From contig NZ_CP046579.1 of the NCBI RefSeq assembly GCF_013365475.1, positions 660,001 through 692,000 of the forward strand: a stretch of 32,000 nt of DNA, written 5' to 3'. The position numbers and the translations under genes are program-made. The first letter of the stretch is position 1. Every line of letters begins with the position of its first letter. Source of the stretch: Candidatus Saccharimonadota bacterium. Its GTDB lineage: Bacteria > Pseudomonadota > Alphaproteobacteria > Rickettsiales > Anaplasmataceae. The notes beneath the pieces are model-generated. The model was given only the letters and a program-made list of their open reading frames with translations. It did no database searches and was not told where the DNA came from. Shown in pieces: positions 29,523-32,000 of this stretch.

Positions 29523-30722
29523 ATGTCAAACAACAATTTTCTGTTAAGTTATGCGTGTTTTCCACATAAAACAAGGGGAAGGTATTTTAAAGAATTAGAG
29601 GATGAAAATCGGAGTTGTTTTCAGCGTGATAGGGATCGTATTATACACTCTAATGCATTAAGAAAATTAGGGTATAAAACACAAGTCTTTATTAATTATG
29701 AGAATGATTACTATCGCACACGTCTGACTCATAGTCTTGAAGTTGCGCAAATTGCAAGATCTATTGCACGTATGCTCGGTTTAGATGAAGATATCACTGA
29801 ATGTATAGCATTAGCACATGACCTTGGGCATCCTCCATTTGGTCACACAGGTGAAAACGCTCTAAAGAAATCAGTTCAAGATTTAAACATTGATAATGAG
29901 AAGTACGGATTTGACCATAACGTTCAAGCTATAAGGATTCTGACTCATCTTGAACAAAAACACGCTGATTTTAACGGCATGAATCTAAGTTGGGAGGTAA
30001 TTGAAGGAGTTGCAAAGCATAATGGTCCTCTGCTCGGCCAGAATGCATCATTCCACACAAACAATCAGCTATTGTTAGAATACAATGAAAAATATGATTT
30101 AAAACTTGAAAAATTTTCAAGCATCGAAGCACAGGTCGCTTCGATTGCAGATGATATCGCATACAGCGTTCATGATCTTGATGATGCATTGAGAGGAAAT
30201 TTAATAACTGTAGAAGACCTGTTCAGTATTCCTTTAATTGGACAAATATTTGAAGATATAAAAAGAAAGTATTCAGGATTATCCCAGAATAAACTTACAC
30301 ATGAATCTCTCAGTAGAACCATAGGAATTATGATAAGTGACGTTGTTTCTCAGACTAAAAAGAACATTGAGGATTATAAAATAGAAAGTGTAGAAGACGT
30401 AAGAAGTTTAAACAAGATGCTAGTTATATTCTCACCAGAAGTTGCAAATGCTACAAAAGAAATGAAAAAATTTAATATAGAAAAAATATACAAGAGCTAT
30501 AAACTCAATAGGACTATGAATAAAGCAAAACGTATAGTACAAGAGCTTTTCAAGTGTTTTTATGAAAACCCTGAGCTATTGCCTATAGAGTGGTGTAGGC
30601 TTGCTTGTGAGTTTGAACGTTCAGTAGTAATATGTGACTATATCTCTGGTATGACAGATAGATTTGCCATATATGAACATAGAAGAATTTTTGATACCTC
30701 ATATGAAATGACTTCCTTCTAA
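29523..30722 (+). CDS. dgt: dGTPase-like deoxyguanosinetriphosphate triphosphohydrolase (HD domain)
   Basis: 399-aa ORF with FQRDRDRIIHS, TRLTHSLEVAQI, AHDLGHPPFGH and DDIAY motifs. The stop overlaps the ribD start (TAATG). Confidence 0.9.
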   Translation: MSNNNFLLSYACFPHKTRGRYFKELEDENRSCFQRDRDRIIHSNALRKLGYKTQVFINYENDYYRTRLTHSLEVAQIARSIARMLGLDEDITECIALAHDLGHPPFGHTGENALKKSVQDLNIDNEKYGFDHNVQAIRILTHLEQKHADFNGMNLSWEVIEGVAKHNGPLLGQNASFHTNNQLLLEYNEKYDLKLEKFSSIEAQVASIADDIAYSVHDLDDALRGNLITVEDLFSIPLIGQIFEDIKRKYSGLSQNKLTHESLSRTIGIMISDVVSQTKKNIEDYKIESVEDVRSLNKMLVIFSPEVANATKEMKKFNIEKIYKSYKLNRTMNKAKRIVQELFKCFYENPELLPIEWCRLACEFERSVVICDYISGMTDRFAIYEHRRIFDTSYEMTSF

Positions 30723-31945
30723 TGACAGATAACCATTTCATGTCAATAGCATTAAAGCTTGCGGAAAGAACTCTTGGGAGTGTTGCACCAAATCCTGCTG
30801 TTGGATGTGTTATTGTAAAAGATGATGTGGTAATTGGGAAAGGTTATACAGGAATTGGTGGACGTCCACATGCAGAAATAATTGCCCTACAAAGGGCTAA
30901 AGATTTAACTCATGGTGCGACTATGTACGTTACTCTTGAACCATGCTGCCACTTTGGAATCACAGAGCCTTGCACTACAGAAATTATAAGATCTGGAATA
31001 AGAAGAGTAGTAATTGCGACAATCGATCCTGATGAAAGAGTTCTAGGCATGGGAGTCAAAGCTTTAGAAGAAGCTGGAATTGAAGTTGAGCAAGGCATCA
31101 TGCAAAAAAAAGCAGAAAAATTGAACATTGGGTTTTTTACTACCAAGAAATTACATAGACCATTCATAGTTTGTAAAATCGCAACAACTCTTGATGGGAA
31201 GATTGCAACGTTTACAGGTAATAGCAAATGGGTAACAAGTAAAGATACAAGAAATTGGGTACATGAACTAAGAGCAAAACATGATGCAATTATGATTGGT
31301 AGCAATACTTTAATTAGTGACAATCCACTGCTAACTTGTAGGCTACCAGGACTTGAATGTAGATCACCAATCAGGCTGATTATTGACAGTCAAGAAAAAT
31401 TGAAAGAAGAGCACAATATTGTAAAAACTGCAGATAAAGTAATGACTTGGGTAATCACGAATAAAGAAGTAGAAAGGAAAATACAAAATATTAACTATTT
31501 AATAGTCAATTCAAATAGAAAAATTCCTGTTGCTAAAGTGTCCAAACAAGTGAATCGAGAAATTTCAGCTTTAAAGCAGTATACTAAATGTTTATATAAC
31601 ATACACAAGATTTCTGAGTCAGATATTAAAGAAATGCAAGAGCAAGAAAAACCTGATGTTTTCGATAAAATATGTCTAAAAGACATGGCATCAAAACTTG
31701 TTTCAGAAATCGGTATAACAAGATTATTAGTTGAAGGTGGCATGATATTAACAACAGAACTATTAAAGTCTAATTTAATAGACAGATTAATAGTCTGCCG
31801 TAGTGGTAAAATCCTTGGTAATGATGCTATTCCTTTTATAGGAAATTTGGGAATTCAATTCATTAACAACTGTTATCAATTCAAGAAAGCAGAAGTAATA
31901 GATCTTGATCAAGATATAGTCGAAGTTTGGGACAAATTACCTTAA
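30722..31945 (+). CDS. ribD: Bifunctional riboflavin biosynthesis protein RibD (deaminase/reductase)
   Basis: 407-aa ORF with an N-terminal CMP/dCMP deaminase zinc site (HAE...PCCHFGITEPC). The C-terminal reductase has KIATTLDGKIA and LLVEGG motifs, interrupted by an extra segment. Confidence 0.9.
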   Translation: MTDNHFMSIALKLAERTLGSVAPNPAVGCVIVKDDVVIGKGYTGIGGRPHAEIIALQRAKDLTHGATMYVTLEPCCHFGITEPCTTEIIRSGIRRVVIATIDPDERVLGMGVKALEEAGIEVEQGIMQKKAEKLNIGFFTTKKLHRPFIVCKIATTLDGKIATFTGNSKWVTSKDTRNWVHELRAKHDAIMIGSNTLISDNPLLTCRLPGLECRSPIRLIIDSQEKLKEEHNIVKTADKVMTWVITNKEVERKIQNINYLIVNSNRKIPVAKVSKQVNREISALKQYTKCLYNIHKISESDIKEMQEQEKPDVFDKICLKDMASKLVSEIGITRLLVEGGMILTTELLKSNLIDRLIVCRSGKILGNDAIPFIGNLGIQFINNCYQFKKAEVIDLDQDIVEVWDKLP

Positions 31946-32000
31946 TTTTTGCATATCCAGGTATAAAGAAAAAGGTAGAAAACCTACCCTTTTAGTTAAC

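Noticed and set aside
29523-30722. dGTPase as an anti-phage nucleotide-depletion defence gene.
   Set aside because: It is translationally coupled to ribD (TAATG overlap) in a housekeeping context with no neighbouring defence or mobile genes. This is consistent with the ordinary dgt-like gene conserved in alphaproteobacteria.

Overview
AT-rich window (roughly 30-33% GC, estimated by eye) with about 77% coding. It looks like a reduced alphaproteobacterial genome of the Rickettsiales/Anaplasmataceae type. Supporting signs are ribD and rpe, a split nuo cluster (nuoABC followed by mdh rather than nuoD), a CYHC DsbA, and long ORF-free spacers. An intact murF and the CYHC DsbA lean towards a Wolbachia-like rather than Ehrlichia-like organism, but I cannot verify this without a search. 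The content is almost all housekeeping: ybaB-dnaX with the SRP RNA upstream, an O-methyltransferase, dsbA, a COQ10/RatA-like gene, folC, lysC, tyrS, rsfS, rppH-tatD, a tight (orphan)-HIT-nuoA-nuoB-nuoC-mdh operon, murF, tRNA-Arg(TCT), rpe, truB-rpsO-pnp, a NifS-like cysteine desulfurase, a COG2945 alpha/beta hydrolase, lolD, erpA and dgt-ribD. I found no transposase, phage gene, CRISPR array, rRNA, or recognisable multi-gene defence or secretion cluster, so I cannot point to a clear novel system. The items most worth a second look are: (1) nuoB goes out of frame at a C5 homopolymer, and a -1 shift restores the canonical C-terminus; (2) dnaX has an A-AAA-AAU slippery site with an immediate -1-frame stop and an upstream GGAG, like the E. 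coli tau/gamma site; (3) a 54-aa lipoprotein sORF with a perfect lipobox falls below the ORF-track cutoff; (4) three lineage-specific orphan proteins, one with an Inc-like paired transmembrane hairpin; (5) large insertions in ErpA, MurF and RibD; (6) ORF-free spacers of 0.6-1.4 kb.
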